A stretch of 64,000 bases of DNA, from assembly GCA_049852185.1 (NCBI GenBank), contig CP187540.1, one strand, 5' to 3'. Positions 32,498-43,931 of this stretch are shown here, piece after piece (positions within the stretch are counted from its first letter, which is position 1; each line of letters begins with the position of its first letter). This DNA is from Methanocaldococcus sp. 28A (GTDB lineage: Archaea; AGJL01; Methanococci; Methanococcales; Methanocaldococcaceae). The position numbers and the translations under genes are program-made. The notes beneath the pieces are model-generated. The model made no database searches, had not been told where the DNA came from, and was given only the letters and a program-made list of their open reading frames with translations.

Positions 32498-32701
32498 ATG
32501 GCTGAGCTTCCAGTTGCACCATTTGAAAGAATCTTGAAAAAAGCAGGAGCAGAGAGAGTTAGTAGAGCAGCTGCAGAATACTTAGCAGAAGCTGTTGAAG
32601 AAATCGCATTAGAAATTGCTAAGGAAGCTGTTGAGTTAGCTAAACATGCTAAAAGAAAAACTGTAAAAGTTGAAGACATAAAGTTAGCTTTAAAGAAATA
32701 A
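32498..32701 (+). CDS. archaeal histone (HMf family)
   Basis: [22 protein letters not shown]...[15 protein letters not shown]. Confidence 0.97.
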   Translation: MAELPVAPFERILKKAGAERVSRAAAEYLAEAVEEIALEIAKEAVELAKHAKRKTVKVEDIKLALKK

Positions 32702-32814
32702 ACTTTTAATTTTCTATTATTTAAAATTTTTTATTTTGGAAAGGGAGTTTTTTTACTGCTTTAAGTTATATTTGTTTATTTCTATATTTGCATTATATGG
32801 GAAACGGTGAGGTT

Positions 32815-33306
32815 ATGCACAAAAGAATAAAAGATATAAGATATGCTGTAGTTACAGTGAGCGATAGCAGATATAATGATTTAATTAAAGGAAAAGATGT
32901 TGATGATAAATCTGGTAATTTATTAAAAGATGAATTAAATGCTGAAGTATATACAATAATTCCTGACAATAAAAATATGATTAAGGGAATAGTTGAGCAT
33001 ATAGTTGAATCTTTTGATGTAGATTGTATTGTTTTTACAGGAGGGACAGGAATAGCTGAGAGGGATGTTACCGTTGAAGCTTTAAAGGAAATTATTGAAA
33101 AAGAATTGGATGGATTTAAGATTATTTTTCAAAAGTTAAGTTATGAGGAGGTGGGATTTTCAGCTATGTTATCAAGAGCTATGGCTGGAATTTATAAAGG
33201 AAAAGTTATATATGCTCTTCCAGGTTCAGTAAATGCATGTAAAACAGCATTAAAAATAATTAAAGAAGAGACGGGACATATATTGGGACATTTAAAAGAG
33301 GGGTAA
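32815..33306 (+). CDS. moaB: molybdopterin adenylyltransferase MoaB
   Basis: TVSDSR, DKSG, TGGTG...RDVT, LPGS. Confidence 0.93.
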   Translation: MHKRIKDIRYAVVTVSDSRYNDLIKGKDVDDKSGNLLKDELNAEVYTIIPDNKNMIKGIVEHIVESFDVDCIVFTGGTGIAERDVTVEALKEIIEKELDGFKIIFQKLSYEEVGFSAMLSRAMAGIYKGKVIYALPGSVNACKTALKIIKEETGHILGHLKEG

Positions 33307-33307
33307 G

Positions 33308-34075
33308 ATGAAATTTTTGTTAATAGCATCAAATAAAGATTTGGCAAGTAAAAACATTGCTAATCATTTAAGAGAATATTTTGATATTTTTGAGACTGAT
33401 AAGGAGCTTTTGTCTATCACACAAGAGGATTTGGAGAAAGCTGATTATTATATATTTTTATCAAAACATAGAAGTACAGCTAATAAACCATCTCTAACAG
33501 TTCATACGCCAGGAAATTTAACAGAAAATAATGATTTTGGAGGAAATCCTAAAGAAATCTGCCCGTGTGATGCAATATTAAATACTCTTTTATTGAAAAA
33601 TATTTACAAAAATTACAAAACCTATTATGAAAATGGCAAAATTAAAGAATTTGATGTCTCTTTTGAAGTAGTTCATCATTCACCAACTGATTTAAATGCT
33701 CCAACGGTATTTGTTGAAATTGGTAGTAGTGAAAAAGAATGGATTTTAAAAGAAGCTGGAGAAATTATAGCTAAATCTGTTTTAGAAACTATTGAAGCAA
33801 TAAAATCTAAAAATTATGATAAAAAATTTAGAGCTATTGGCTTTGGTGGAGGACATTATGCTCCAAAATTTACAAAACTTGCTTTAGAGGATAAATATTA
33901 TTTTGGCTACTTAGTTCCAAAATATGCTTCAGTTTCTGAAGAAGTTTTAAATCAACTAATCAACAAAATGGAAGTAGATAAAGTTCTTATTGATTGGAAA
34001 GGGTGTAGGGGAGAGGATAGAAGAAGATATATTGAATTTCTTGAAAATAATGGAATTGAATGGGAAAGAGTTTAA
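33308..34075 (+). CDS. dtdA: D-aminoacyl-tRNA deacylase (DTD2)
   Basis: LSKHRS, LTVHTPGN, HHSPT, FVEIGS, GFGGGHYAP. Confidence 0.93.
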   Translation: MKFLLIASNKDLASKNIANHLREYFDIFETDKELLSITQEDLEKADYYIFLSKHRSTANKPSLTVHTPGNLTENNDFGGNPKEICPCDAILNTLLLKNIYKNYKTYYENGKIKEFDVSFEVVHHSPTDLNAPTVFVEIGSSEKEWILKEAGEIIAKSVLETIEAIKSKNYDKKFRAIGFGGGHYAPKFTKLALEDKYYFGYLVPKYASVSEEVLNQLINKMEVDKVLIDWKGCRGEDRRRYIEFLENNGIEWERV

Positions 34076-34076
34076 G

Positions 34077-34167
34077 ATAGGATTTTCGCAGTTTATAATA
34101 TTAGTTTTGGAACTTTGACACCTTTAGGTATCTATATTCATAAAATTTATTCCTGAGAAAGTCCTAT
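34077..34167. repeat. Palindromic MITE-like element, family 1
   Basis: ATAGGATTTTCGCAG ... CTGAGAAAGTCCTAT; inner GACACCTTTAGGTATC. Confidence 0.88.
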
Positions 34168-34204
34168 AATAATGCTTTTTTCTAAAAGATTGGAGGGGAA
34201 TTGG

Positions 34205-34984
34205 ATGGGAAAGAGTCTAAAAGATTTACTTTTGGCATTTAAAAATGGAGAAATTAGCTTAGATGAAATTGAGAAACTAATTAAACTTAACTATTTTGAG
34301 GAGATTGAAAATAAATTGAAATTGGATGTTAATAGGCAGTTCAGAACAGGAGTTCCAGAAGTTGTTTATGGCAAAGGAAAAGATATGGAGGAAATAATTA
34401 GAGCTACATTAAAACTTGCAGAAAAAAATGGCATAGCTTTGGCGACTAAAATAGAGGATATAGAAAAACTTAGTGACGAAATTAGGAAGTATGATTTAAA
34501 TAACTATTTTATAAAAATTAATAAAAAAGCTAAAACATTAATAATAAAAAATAAAAACTATAAAATTAAAAAAATAGGTAAAGTAGGAATACTAACGGCA
34601 GGAACTTCTGATATTCCAATAGCAGAGGAGGCAAAAGACACATTGGAAGTTATGGGGGTTAAAGCTATAACATCCTATGATGTAGGAATTGCAGGTATTC
34701 ATAGGTTGTTTCCAGCCCTAAAAAGAATGATTGAAGAAGACGTTTGTTGTGTTATTGTTGTAGCAGGAATGGAAGGAGCCCTACCTTCAGTAGTAGCATC
34801 TATGGTTGATATTCCAGTTATTGGAGTGCCAACATCAACATCTTATGGAATAAAAATTACTCCTTTGTTGACAATGTTACATACATGCTCTCCAGGCATT
34901 GCAGTTGTTAATATAGATAATGGATTTGGAGCAGGAGTTTTTGCAGGATTAATAACTAAAAAGATATATAAAAATAATAAATAA
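34205..34984 (+). CDS. larB: LarB-family (PurE-like) nickel-pincer cofactor biosynthesis protein
   Basis: RTGVPEVVYG, AGTSDIPIAEEA, DVGIAGIHRL, AGMEGALPS, VNIDNGFGA. Confidence 0.9.
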   Translation: MGKSLKDLLLAFKNGEISLDEIEKLIKLNYFEEIENKLKLDVNRQFRTGVPEVVYGKGKDMEEIIRATLKLAEKNGIALATKIEDIEKLSDEIRKYDLNNYFIKINKKAKTLIIKNKNYKIKKIGKVGILTAGTSDIPIAEEAKDTLEVMGVKAITSYDVGIAGIHRLFPALKRMIEEDVCCVIVVAGMEGALPSVVASMVDIPVIGVPTSTSYGIKITPLLTMLHTCSPGIAVVNIDNGFGAGVFAGLITKKIYKNNK

Positions 34985-35006
34985 AAATAATAAATGAGGG
35001 AAAACT

Positions 35007-36197
35007 ATGATAAAAGTTGTTGAAGGAGAATTAATAAAGACATTAACTGATGGAAAACTTGAGGATATTACAAAAGAATTAGGGACAGGATATATCCTCA
35101 TTTTAGTTAAACACGATAATAAACTACATGAAGGTTATATATTTGTTGAAAATGGAGAAATTATTGGATATTTTTATACTGATAATAACTTAGAGGAAAT
35201 TTGTGGAAATGCTGAAAAAGTTCTTGAATTATTAGATTATGAAAATAAGGTTATAGAACTTTATAGATACGATAAAGATAAGTTAGATCTAATGAAATGG
35301 TTATATCCAGAAATATTTATAAAAAAGAAAACTAAAACAAGAGAAGATGTTAAAGAGGAAAATAAAGTAGATAATATTGAAGAGGAAAAATATCTAAATA
35401 TAAAATTGAATATTCCATTAGATATCCCTATAGAGATGAACGTGAAGAATTTTGAGGATTATCTAAAGGATAACAAATATATTATCATAAATGCATATAG
35501 AAAAATATCAGGAATGTTCGAAAACGGTTATATTATATATAAAGGAAAAACTCCTATCGCAGCGGCTTATGAGTGTAATTATGGGGCTTTACTTGGGAAA
35601 GAGGCATATAAAAAAATAGAACAGATGTTAAATAGTGAAGATACGGTTATTGATGTATATGAATATGATGAAAAGAAGTTAAATGTTTTATTAGATATTT
35701 ACCCTGAGATGAAGCTTAAAGATGAAACGAAAGAAAGCAAAAAAGAAACTGATAAAAAGATAGAACAGAGTAGTGTTTCTATATCCGAAACTTATAGTAT
35801 TTTAGGTAATGCTGAGGAAGTAACAGAATTATCAAGAGAAGAATTATTAAAAAGATTAGGATTAAAAGAGCCTGATGAGAATTGGATAGAGGCAATATTA
35901 GAAGAGTTCGTTAAGCCCAGTGATGAGGAACTACAAGAGTTAAAGAAAAAAATAGAAAATGAAATAATTGAAAAACTAAAAAATATTGACGGTGTTGATG
36001 ATGTTACGCTAGATATAAATGTTAAATGGGAGAATAGTAGATACTTTATATTTGGAGATGTTAATATAAAAAGGGAAAAAATTTTGGGAATTATTAAAAA
36101 AGATGTAGACCCATCACTTGTTAAATTTGAAGTCGATAGTGTTATAAAAAAGTATCTTTCCAAATATACATCAAGGATATCAATCCATATTGAGTGA
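35007..36197 (+). CDS. DUF2226-domain protein (tandem domains)
   Basis: Two GYI...G repeats and [19 protein letters not shown]. Confidence 0.75.
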   Translation: MIKVVEGELIKTLTDGKLEDITKELGTGYILILVKHDNKLHEGYIFVENGEIIGYFYTDNNLEEICGNAEKVLELLDYENKVIELYRYDKDKLDLMKWLYPEIFIKKKTKTREDVKEENKVDNIEEEKYLNIKLNIPLDIPIEMNVKNFEDYLKDNKYIIINAYRKISGMFENGYIIYKGKTPIAAAYECNYGALLGKEAYKKIEQMLNSEDTVIDVYEYDEKKLNVLLDIYPEMKLKDETKESKKETDKKIEQSSVSISETYSILGNAEEVTELSREELLKRLGLKEPDENWIEAILEEFVKPSDEELQELKKKIENEIIEKLKNIDGVDDVTLDINVKWENSRYFIFGDVNIKREKILGIIKKDVDPSLVKFEVDSVIKKYLSKYTSRISIHIE

Positions 36198-36254
36198 CAA
36201 AAAATATAATATATATTAAAATAAGAATATGATAAAATAAAAAGAGGTCGTACT

Positions 36255-36821
36255 ATGGACGTGACAATTTTATTTTTAATTTTATTTATGTTGGGGGTGG
36301 TTATTGGAGTGGGGGTTTATTTCTATAAAGAGAGAGAAAAAAAGAAAACGTATAAGCTTATTGAGATGGAAATCGTTGAAAGCCTCAAAGAATTAAAACC
36401 ATATGTAGCTCCAGACGAAAGTAAAGAATATACAAAAGAATTTGATTTAGTTGAAGTGGCTCTTTCTTATGATATAGAAGATATTATTGTTGTCAACGAC
36501 GAAGGACTAATTATAGCATCTACATTAAAGGATGCAGATAATATTGGAGCTATCGGGCTTGGGATATTTGAATATATTAAAAAGTTTCATGACAATGTTA
36601 AAAAGATTATAATACAAAAAGATGATTCATATATCCACATCTATCCGTTAAATCTCCATAGTGAAAATTTATATCTCATTATAGAGTCAAAGATAATGCT
36701 TGATGTTTTAGAAGAGAAAGAAATCATTAGGAAAGTATATAATGTTCTTAAAAAATATTTCGCGAATATTGAAACAATAGATAATGTTATTCCTGAAGGA
36801 GGATTATTATTGAGTAGTTAA
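36255..36821 (+). CDS. membrane-anchored protein with roadblock/LC7-like domain
   Basis: N-terminal TM helix; IIVVNDEGLIIAST motif. Confidence 0.65.
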   Translation: MDVTILFLILFMLGVVIGVGVYFYKEREKKKTYKLIEMEIVESLKELKPYVAPDESKEYTKEFDLVEVALSYDIEDIIVVNDEGLIIASTLKDADNIGAIGLGIFEYIKKFHDNVKKIIIQKDDSYIHIYPLNLHSENLYLIIESKIMLDVLEEKEIIRKVYNVLKKYFANIETIDNVIPEGGLLLSS

Positions 36822-36870
36822 CAGTATAATTATGATTTATTTTTTAATTTATTTTTTTAATAATTACTCA

Positions 36871-36890
36871 ATAAACTGCGAAAGTCCTAT
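36871..36890. repeat. Solo right end of a family-1 element
   Basis: ATAAACTGCGAAAGTCCTAT. Confidence 0.75.
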
Positions 36891-36896
36891 TATATT

Positions 36897-38162
36897 TTAT
36901 ATTGGTAATATGGTCCCCTTAACTGGAACATAAGTAGGAATTCTTAAAGTTTTCCAGATAGTCATTGCAAATGATAGTGATTGATACCTCTCCCCATGCA
37001 TAACTATGGCTTTTTCTGGTTTAGGTATCTTTTTTATATATCTTACTAAGGAGTTGTAATCTCCATGAGCTGAAAACTCTATTTTAACAACCTTTCCCCT
37101 AACAGGGATTTTATTTTTAAATGGTTGTATTTCTTTAACTCCTTCCTCTAATTCCCTTCCTAATGTTCCCTCCGCCTGATAACCAGTTAATATAAGTTTA
37201 TTTTTTGGGTCTTTTAATAATTTTAGATATTTTAATACAGGACCTCCTTGAACCATTCCCGAAGTTGAGACAATAATACAGGGCTCCTCGTTAAACACTA
37301 AATTTTCATCCGCCTTTTTTACATCTCCAAATGGGTTAATTCTATTCTCAACCATATTTTTTATTTTTGGATTTAGCCAATTTACATAACTTAGATAAAC
37401 GGCAGTTGCATGAATTAAAGAGCCATCTGTGTAAATAGGCACTTCTTTTAACTTCCCACTTCTCATATAGTTGTTTAATATTAGCAAAATTTCCTGAGCC
37501 CTACCAATAGCAAAAACAGGGATTATTACTTTTCCTCCGTTTTCTATTGTTTCAGATATTTCATCAATTAACTGTTTTTCTAATGTTTTCCTTGCTGGCT
37601 TTATATCTAATGGAGAGCCGTAGGTAGATTCTATAATTAAAACATCAATCTCATCAATGTCTGTATCTGCTGGAAGTAGAGTTCTTGAAACTCCTTCGTT
37701 TATATCTCCTGTATATAGAATTTTTTTTCCTTCTACCTCTAAGTATATGGAAGCACTTCCCAATATATGTCCTGCATTATAGAATTTGAATTTTATATTA
37801 TCATTAATTATCTTCTCTTCATAATAATTTAAACATTCAAGACTTTCCATTGCCTGCTGAATATCTTCCTCATTATAAGCTTTTGTTAAATTTAAAGTAT
37901 CTCTCCAAGTTATAAACATTAAATCAGCTGTTGGATGTGTGCAATAAATCTTTTTAAATTTATAGAATGGAATTGCTCCACAATGGTCAAGATGGGCATG
38001 AGAGATGATAACAGCATCTATTGCTTTATCATCTAACTTAGGAATTTCTCCACTATCTGGGGACATACCACAATCTAACAATACTCTCCCTTTTTGTGTT
38101 TCTACTTCCACACAACTCATCCCAATTTGCTGACAACCTCCATGAAATTTTAATAAAACCAT
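36897..38162 (-). CDS. beta-CASP metallo-beta-lactamase ribonuclease (aCPSF-like, no KH domains)
   Basis: SHAHLDHCG, AGHILGS, YTGD, ESTYG, GRAQE, FSAHGD, HGE. Confidence 0.92.
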   Translation of the reverse strand: MVLLKFHGGCQQIGMSCVEVETQKGRVLLDCGMSPDSGEIPKLDDKAIDAVIISHAHLDHCGAIPFYKFKKIYCTHPTADLMFITWRDTLNLTKAYNEEDIQQAMESLECLNYYEEKIINDNIKFKFYNAGHILGSASIYLEVEGKKILYTGDINEGVSRTLLPADTDIDEIDVLIIESTYGSPLDIKPARKTLEKQLIDEISETIENGGKVIIPVFAIGRAQEILLILNNYMRSGKLKEVPIYTDGSLIHATAVYLSYVNWLNPKIKNMVENRINPFGDVKKADENLVFNEEPCIIVSTSGMVQGGPVLKYLKLLKDPKNKLILTGYQAEGTLGRELEEGVKEIQPFKNKIPVRGKVVKIEFSAHGDYNSLVRYIKKIPKPEKAIVMHGERYQSLSFAMTIWKTLRIPTYVPVKGTILPI

Positions 38163-38395
38163 GTTTACCATCCCAAAAATTATATATATTTTTTTTAATA
38201 AATCCTATTTACTCCAAGGCAAAAGAATATGAAACAGGGAGTTATATTTAAATTAATTAATAAAACTAAAAATAAGCATGAGGATGTGGGTATGTTCGTA
38301 ACATATTCTAAATAGGGACAAAATACCTAATAGACTTATAAAGCATCTATTTTATTATTTTTAAATCTTACTATAAAATATATTGGTGAAGATTA

Positions 38396-38902
38396 ATGGA
38401 ACATAGGCATGTTATTTCCGCATTAGTTTTAAACAAACCGGGAGTCTTACAGAGAATTTCAGGATTATTTACCAGGAGAGGGTTTAATATTTCAAGTATT
38501 ACAGTTGGAATAACTGAGAATCCACAAATTTCAAGAGTTACGATAGTTGTTAATGGTGATGATAATATATTAGAACAGGTCATTAAACAGCTTAATAAAT
38601 TAATTGATGTTATAAAAGTTAGTGAGTTAGAGGAAAAGAAATCTGTTCAGAGAGAGCTCTGCCTAATAAAAATATATGCACCAACAGAGAGTGCTAAATC
38701 CCAAGTTATTCAATATACAAGTATATTTAGAGGAAATGTTGTAGATTTAAGTCCTGAATCTTTAATTGTTGAGATAACTGGTAGTGAAGATAAGATAAAT
38801 GCATTTATTGAGTTGGTTAAACCATTAGGAATTAAAGAGATGGCAAGAACTGGGATTACTGCATTAGCAAGAGGTCCAAAGGTTTTAAAGCCAAAGAGCT
38901 AA
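38396..38902 (+). CDS. ilvH: acetolactate synthase small subunit
   Basis: [25 protein letters not shown] domain; RTGITAL. Confidence 0.96.
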   Translation: MEHRHVISALVLNKPGVLQRISGLFTRRGFNISSITVGITENPQISRVTIVVNGDDNILEQVIKQLNKLIDVIKVSELEEKKSVQRELCLIKIYAPTESAKSQVIQYTSIFRGNVVDLSPESLIVEITGSEDKINAFIELVKPLGIKEMARTGITALARGPKVLKPKS

Positions 38903-38925
38903 CCTTTTGAGATTATAAGATAAAG

Positions 38926-39000
38926 ATAGGATTTTCACATTTACAATTTTTATTTTATAAGGGTATTTATGATGCTAGAATGTTCAAAGTTCATTAATTA
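38926..39000. repeat. Degenerate partial family-1 element
   Basis: ATAGGATTTTCACA...CAAAGTTCATT; right end lost. Confidence 0.5.
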
Positions 39001-39046
39001 TTATTAATGTTGAATAAGATAAAACATTATTTTTTGGGTGAAGGAA

Positions 39047-40456
39047 ATGGACGATGTTAAAATGAAGTGTGGATTGGAGATACATGTTCAAATTGATACA
39101 AAATCAAAATTGTTCTGTAATTGTTCAACAAACTACTTAGATGCTGAACCCAATACAAATGTTTGTCCAGTTTGTTTGGGATTACCAGGAGCAAAGCCAT
39201 TAGCTCCAAACAAAAAAGCAGTAGATGTAGCTATAATGGTAGCAAAGATGCTTGGATGTAAAATAGTCGTTGATAAAGATATATACTTCCAAAGAAAACA
39301 TTATGATTACCCTGATTTACCGAGCGGTTATCAGAGAACTTCAACACCTATCGGTGTAGATGGAGAATTTATGGGTATTGGGATTGCTGAAGTTCACTTA
39401 GAAGAGGACCCTGGGCAATACAACCCAAGTTTTGGAATTGTTGATTATAACAGAAGCGGAACCCCACTAATTGAGATTGTTACAAAACCAGATATAAAAA
39501 GCCCAGAAGAGGCGAGAGAATTTTTAAAGCAATTAATGACTTTATTTAGATACCTTGGTTGTTTGAGAGGAGAAGGAACAATGAGGGCTGATGTAAATAT
39601 TTCTATTGAATACATGGGCGTTCAAGGAAATAGAGTTGAGGTTAAAAACGTCAACTCAATTAAAGGTGTTTATAAAGTTCTAAAGTATGAAGTAATTAGA
39701 CAGAAAAACATTATTAAAAGAGGGGGAGAAATTAAAAGAGAGACAAGGGCTTTCTTAGAGAGTCAGATGATAACCAAAGCAATGAGAAGTAAAGAGACTG
39801 CTGAAGATTATAGATACATTCCAGACCCTGACATTCAGCCAATCGTTATTTCTGAGGAGTGGGTTAGAGAGATTGAAGAAATGATGCCAGAAACTCCATT
39901 AGCTAAGAAAAAGAGGTTTATTGAAGAATATGATATAGATGAGGAAGATGCTAAGGTATTAGTTTCTGACTTAGATATGGCTGAGATGTTTGAGGAAGTT
40001 GTTAAATCTTTGGGAGTTAGTAAGGAGAATGTTGATTTAGCCGTAACTTGGATTAGAAATGAGTTAAAAAGAAGTTTGCAGTATCACAAAGTAGATTTGT
40101 ATGAAAGTGGAGTTAAGGCAGAGCATATAGTTGAATTAATAAAATTAATTAAGGAGGGTGTTATATCTCAAAAAATAGCTAAAGAGATTGTTGATTTGTT
40201 GGTTATAAATAGAGGAAGCAAGATGCCAAAACAGATAGTTGAAGAGCTTGGATTGACGGTAATTAAAGATGAAGACGCTTTAGTTAAAGCGGTTGAGGAA
40301 GCTATTAAAAATAATCCAAAAGCTGTTGAAGATTATTTAAGCGGTAAAAAAGAGGCTTTAAATTTCTTAATGGGGCAGGTAATGAGATTAACAAGAGGAA
40401 GGGCAGAACCTAAGAGAGTTATTGAGTTATTAAAAGAAAGATTGGATAAATTTTAA
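39047..40456 (+). CDS. gatB: Asp/Glu-tRNA amidotransferase subunit B
   Basis: GLEIHVQ, RKHYDYPDLP, HLEED, DYNRSGTPLIEIVT, DYRY. Confidence 0.96.
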   Translation: MDDVKMKCGLEIHVQIDTKSKLFCNCSTNYLDAEPNTNVCPVCLGLPGAKPLAPNKKAVDVAIMVAKMLGCKIVVDKDIYFQRKHYDYPDLPSGYQRTSTPIGVDGEFMGIGIAEVHLEEDPGQYNPSFGIVDYNRSGTPLIEIVTKPDIKSPEEAREFLKQLMTLFRYLGCLRGEGTMRADVNISIEYMGVQGNRVEVKNVNSIKGVYKVLKYEVIRQKNIIKRGGEIKRETRAFLESQMITKAMRSKETAEDYRYIPDPDIQPIVISEEWVREIEEMMPETPLAKKKRFIEEYDIDEEDAKVLVSDLDMAEMFEEVVKSLGVSKENVDLAVTWIRNELKRSLQYHKVDLYESGVKAEHIVELIKLIKEGVISQKIAKEIVDLLVINRGSKMPKQIVEELGLTVIKDEDALVKAVEEAIKNNPKAVEDYLSGKKEALNFLMGQVMRLTRGRAEPKRVIELLKERLDKF

Positions 40457-40501
40457 TATTTTATTAAATTAAATTTTTATTTTTAGTTATTGGTGAGAAA
40501 A

Positions 40502-42121
40502 ATGGCAGACCTTGATAGAAAATTAATTGAGATTTTAGATATTTTATCCAAATCAAAAGAACCAGTAGGGGCTAAGATTATAGCTAAAGAACTTAATAAG
40601 AGAGGTTATAAAATTGGAGAGAGGGCAGTTAGATACCATTTAAAGTTATTGGATGGTATGAAATTAACAAAAAAAGTTGGTTATGCTGGAAGGGTTATAA
40701 CTGAGAGAGGTTTGGAAGAGTTAGAAAAGGCAAATATATCCTATAGATTAGGAAGTATCTATTCAAATATACTTGAGAAGACGATATCTTCCAATTACAG
40801 GTTTGGATATGTGGTTATAAATAGATGTCAGGTTTATGTGGATTTTAACGATGCACTAAAAATAATAAAGAGCGTCTATGAGTCAGGTTTGGCCGTTGGA
40901 GATAGAGTAGGAGTTATGGATAGAGAAAAATTTGTAGAAATAAATACACTCTGCTCACTAAACTTTGATAATATACTCTTGCAAAATGGAATTTTTCCTC
41001 TCCATATCTGTGCTGGAGTTGTAAAATATGAAGATGGAATGCCTGTAGAATTTAAAGAAATCATAAAATATAAATCCACATCAATAGACCCATTAAAAGC
41101 ATTTATTGAAAAGAAAGAAACGGATGTTATTGGAATTATAGAGAATGGAGAAGGTTATTTACCAGCAAACTTTAGATGCTTTGGTGTTGAATTTTTGGAA
41201 AGGTTCAAAAGTATATTAGAGAAGGATGAATTAAAATGTATCATTAGTTATGGGACAGAGAATGTTTTAGGTTTAGATGTTGGGGATGATAAAGTAGGTG
41301 TAGCTTTAATTGGAGGTTTAACACCAATAGCTCCATTTGTTGAAAACAACTATTGTGTAGAGATATTTCCAATGTCTTCAATTGTTAGATTAGAGTCTCT
41401 ACACAAAGTTAAAAAGAATTCACGAGATATTATAACAAAAAAAGCAAATATAAGAATAAAAACTGCTCTATCAAAAATGTTCAATGCAATGGCAAAGGTA
41501 ACCTATGATATAGATGAAGGAGACGGAGATGTTGTTGTAAATATTGCATATATTGATAAAAAATATCTTGATGAGGCATTAGAGTTATTAAAAGAAGCTT
41601 ACAAAAAGGGATTAGGAATATCTGAAAGATTTGGAATAGTAGAAGAGAATAATAAAATAAAAATTCAAACAGTCTGTGCAGTAACCTTGGATGGAATATT
41701 TTTAAGAAACTCAGTTCCAACAATTCCAAGATATGGTGGAGTTTTGGAAATAACTGAAGATAAAGAGAGATTTATAGATATAATTGGTTATGACGGTTCA
41801 TCATTAGATCCACATGAAGTTTTCTTCAACTTTGTTGATTGTGAAAAGACATTCTTAGCAGGCTTTAGAGAAGTGCATAGAGTTGCAAGAGAGAAATTAG
41901 AGGACGTTTTAAAGAGATTAAATTGGAATGGTATTAAAACTATAGGAGAGCCAAACAATGAGCTTTATGGTATTAATGTAAATAAAGACATGTGTGGAGT
42001 TGTAACAATAGGTGGAATAAATCCATTAGTGTTATTAAAAGAAAATGAAATTCCAATTGAATTAAGAGCTATGCATGAAATCGTTAAATATTCTCAACTC
42101 ATAAGTTATAAGGATATATAA
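40502..42121 (+). CDS. nrpR: nitrogen regulatory repressor NrpR
   Basis: wHTH (GERAVRYHL) plus two NRD domains. Confidence 0.92.
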   Translation: MADLDRKLIEILDILSKSKEPVGAKIIAKELNKRGYKIGERAVRYHLKLLDGMKLTKKVGYAGRVITERGLEELEKANISYRLGSIYSNILEKTISSNYRFGYVVINRCQVYVDFNDALKIIKSVYESGLAVGDRVGVMDREKFVEINTLCSLNFDNILLQNGIFPLHICAGVVKYEDGMPVEFKEIIKYKSTSIDPLKAFIEKKETDVIGIIENGEGYLPANFRCFGVEFLERFKSILEKDELKCIISYGTENVLGLDVGDDKVGVALIGGLTPIAPFVENNYCVEIFPMSSIVRLESLHKVKKNSRDIITKKANIRIKTALSKMFNAMAKVTYDIDEGDGDVVVNIAYIDKKYLDEALELLKEAYKKGLGISERFGIVEENNKIKIQTVCAVTLDGIFLRNSVPTIPRYGGVLEITEDKERFIDIIGYDGSSLDPHEVFFNFVDCEKTFLAGFREVHRVAREKLEDVLKRLNWNGIKTIGEPNNELYGINVNKDMCGVVTIGGINPLVLLKENEIPIELRAMHEIVKYSQLISYKDI

Positions 42122-42153
42122 TGAGATTTTAGTATTCTTAACTTAATATTTTG

Positions 42154-42645
42154 TTATTTTACATTTACACTTACAGATATATTTATGGATTTTTGATTAT
42201 TATTTTTTTGATAATTATTTTTTTGATAAGCATCAGCTACAGACCTAATCTTAGATTGAACATATTTAGGGTTGCTGACTCCTTCGAACACAATTTCATA
42301 AGGGGTACTCCCAGCTGTGTTAATTCTTAAATCTCCATAATTAAGTAATCTTCCTAAGATCCCCTGAGAAATGGAAGTATTGGTTATCTTATCTAGTGTA
42401 GATTCTACAGTTTTTCTTGATAAAATTCCATATCTGCAATAAACTCTCTTGTTAGTAATTGCATATTCCGTATAATATCTTTTTAATAAAGCTATACCAA
42501 TAAATATAAGTGCCAAACCATATATTAGTATTGTAAGTGCTCCCAATATTAACCAACCTATTAAACTTTTCCAACATATTCTACTATACCATAATACATT
42601 CTCTCCTGGAAGTAGTTCAAGTCCAGAAGGAACTTTATACGACAT
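42154..42645 (-). CDS. membrane protein with bacterial PH (bPH_2) domain
   Basis: Two TM helices, then YAITNKRV...GILSR...QGILGRLLNYGDLRINTAG. Confidence 0.85.
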   Translation of the reverse strand: MSYKVPSGLELLPGENVLWYSRICWKSLIGWLILGALTILIYGLALIFIGIALLKRYYTEYAITNKRVYCRYGILSRKTVESTLDKITNTSISQGILGRLLNYGDLRINTAGSTPYEIVFEGVSNPKYVQSKIRSVADAYQKNNYQKNNNQKSINISVSVNVK

Positions 42646-42746
42646 TAATTCTCACCTTTTAAATTTTAAATAACATTTTAAATAACATTATATTGCCATA
42701 CAGTTATATTATCCTAAGGTTTTTTAATACTTCCATAGTTAATTTT

Positions 42747-43871
42747 TTAACACTTAAAGCAGGATTTTATTGAATCTACGATGGCATTTATAATATAATC
42801 ATCATTAATCCTTTCAGCATCTTTTGATGTTAAATCAATCCTTAAGCTTTTACTTGCCCCTGGCATACCAGCTACAGTTATGGTTATAATCTTATATTTT
42901 TCTAACAAATTAAATCCAATCTCAACAAGTTTTTTGATATTTGTCTCTGCATTTTTATGGACTTTTTTTATTACAAATCCTGTTGGGGTTTTTTCATATA
43001 TTATCTCTATATTTTTATCGACTTCTTTAAGCTCTTTATTTAATTGTTCAATCTTAGACAAATCAAAATTTTTAGCCCTTTCAAATGCTCTTTTAATTTT
43101 ATCTAAGTTAAAGTTCTTTAAAGCTCTATATATACCAGCTAATAATGGAGGTTGAGCTTCTAAACCAAACTTAGTTCCTTCAATATATATTTTATTAACA
43201 AGTTCTTTCTTTCCGGCTAATAAACCTCCTCTCGGACCATCTATAAGTTTATCTGTGCTTGTAACTACTAAATCAGCTCCTAACTTTAATGCAGGGGGTT
43301 GATTAAATAGCAATCTAACTCTTGCTCCAGAAGCATCATCAACAAAGACAATAGCTCCTTTATTTTTAGCTGTGTTAATAACTTTTTTAAAGTTTTCAAG
43401 TTCAACAACTTTTAAATCCATTGTTGAGCCAGTGATAATAACTAAAGTATCTTTATCTATTTTATTTAAGATTTCATTTATATTGTCTGACTCGAAATAC
43501 TCAGCATTGATGATTTTACAACTTCTTTCTATTGATGGGTGCCCTGGTAGTTCTGGTAGATAGTGTATAACTTTTTTTGGTTTTAATGCTAATATAGTAG
43601 CTAAAATTGCAGATGAGGTTCTATTAAAAGCAACACATTTGTCATATTCGTTTCCTCCTAAATGTTTTAAACCATATTCATTAACTTTTTCTGTAAAATA
43701 AGATGCTCCAATATATGTATTTAATAAATCTTTATCTTTGTCTTCTATCAAAAATCCTCCAGATAACCCACTTAGGTCGTATAATGCATTTCTACCATTT
43801 TTGTTCAATATTTCTAAAATAATTTTTCTTGCTTTTTCTAATCTCAAAAACTCTTCGTGGTCAGAAAGCAT
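42747..43871 (-). CDS. SelA-like PLP-dependent protein (UPF0425)
   Basis: [28 protein letters not shown]. Confidence 0.85.
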   Translation of the reverse strand: MLSDHEEFLRLEKARKIILEILNKNGRNALYDLSGLSGGFLIEDKDKDLLNTYIGASYFTEKVNEYGLKHLGGNEYDKCVAFNRTSSAILATILALKPKKVIHYLPELPGHPSIERSCKIINAEYFESDNINEILNKIDKDTLVIITGSTMDLKVVELENFKKVINTAKNKGAIVFVDDASGARVRLLFNQPPALKLGADLVVTSTDKLIDGPRGGLLAGKKELVNKIYIEGTKFGLEAQPPLLAGIYRALKNFNLDKIKRAFERAKNFDLSKIEQLNKELKEVDKNIEIIYEKTPTGFVIKKVHKNAETNIKKLVEIGFNLLEKYKIITITVAGMPGASKSLRIDLTSKDAERINDDYIINAIVDSIKSCFKC

Positions 43872-43931
43872 TACACCACCAATATTAAGTTTATAATACG
43901 GAAAAAATTTTATAAAAAATATAATAATGAA

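Noticed and set aside
42747-43871. SelA-like gene as the selenocysteine synthase for fruA
   Set aside because: Archaea use PSTK/SepSecS, and I recall the M. jannaschii homolog lacking SelA activity.
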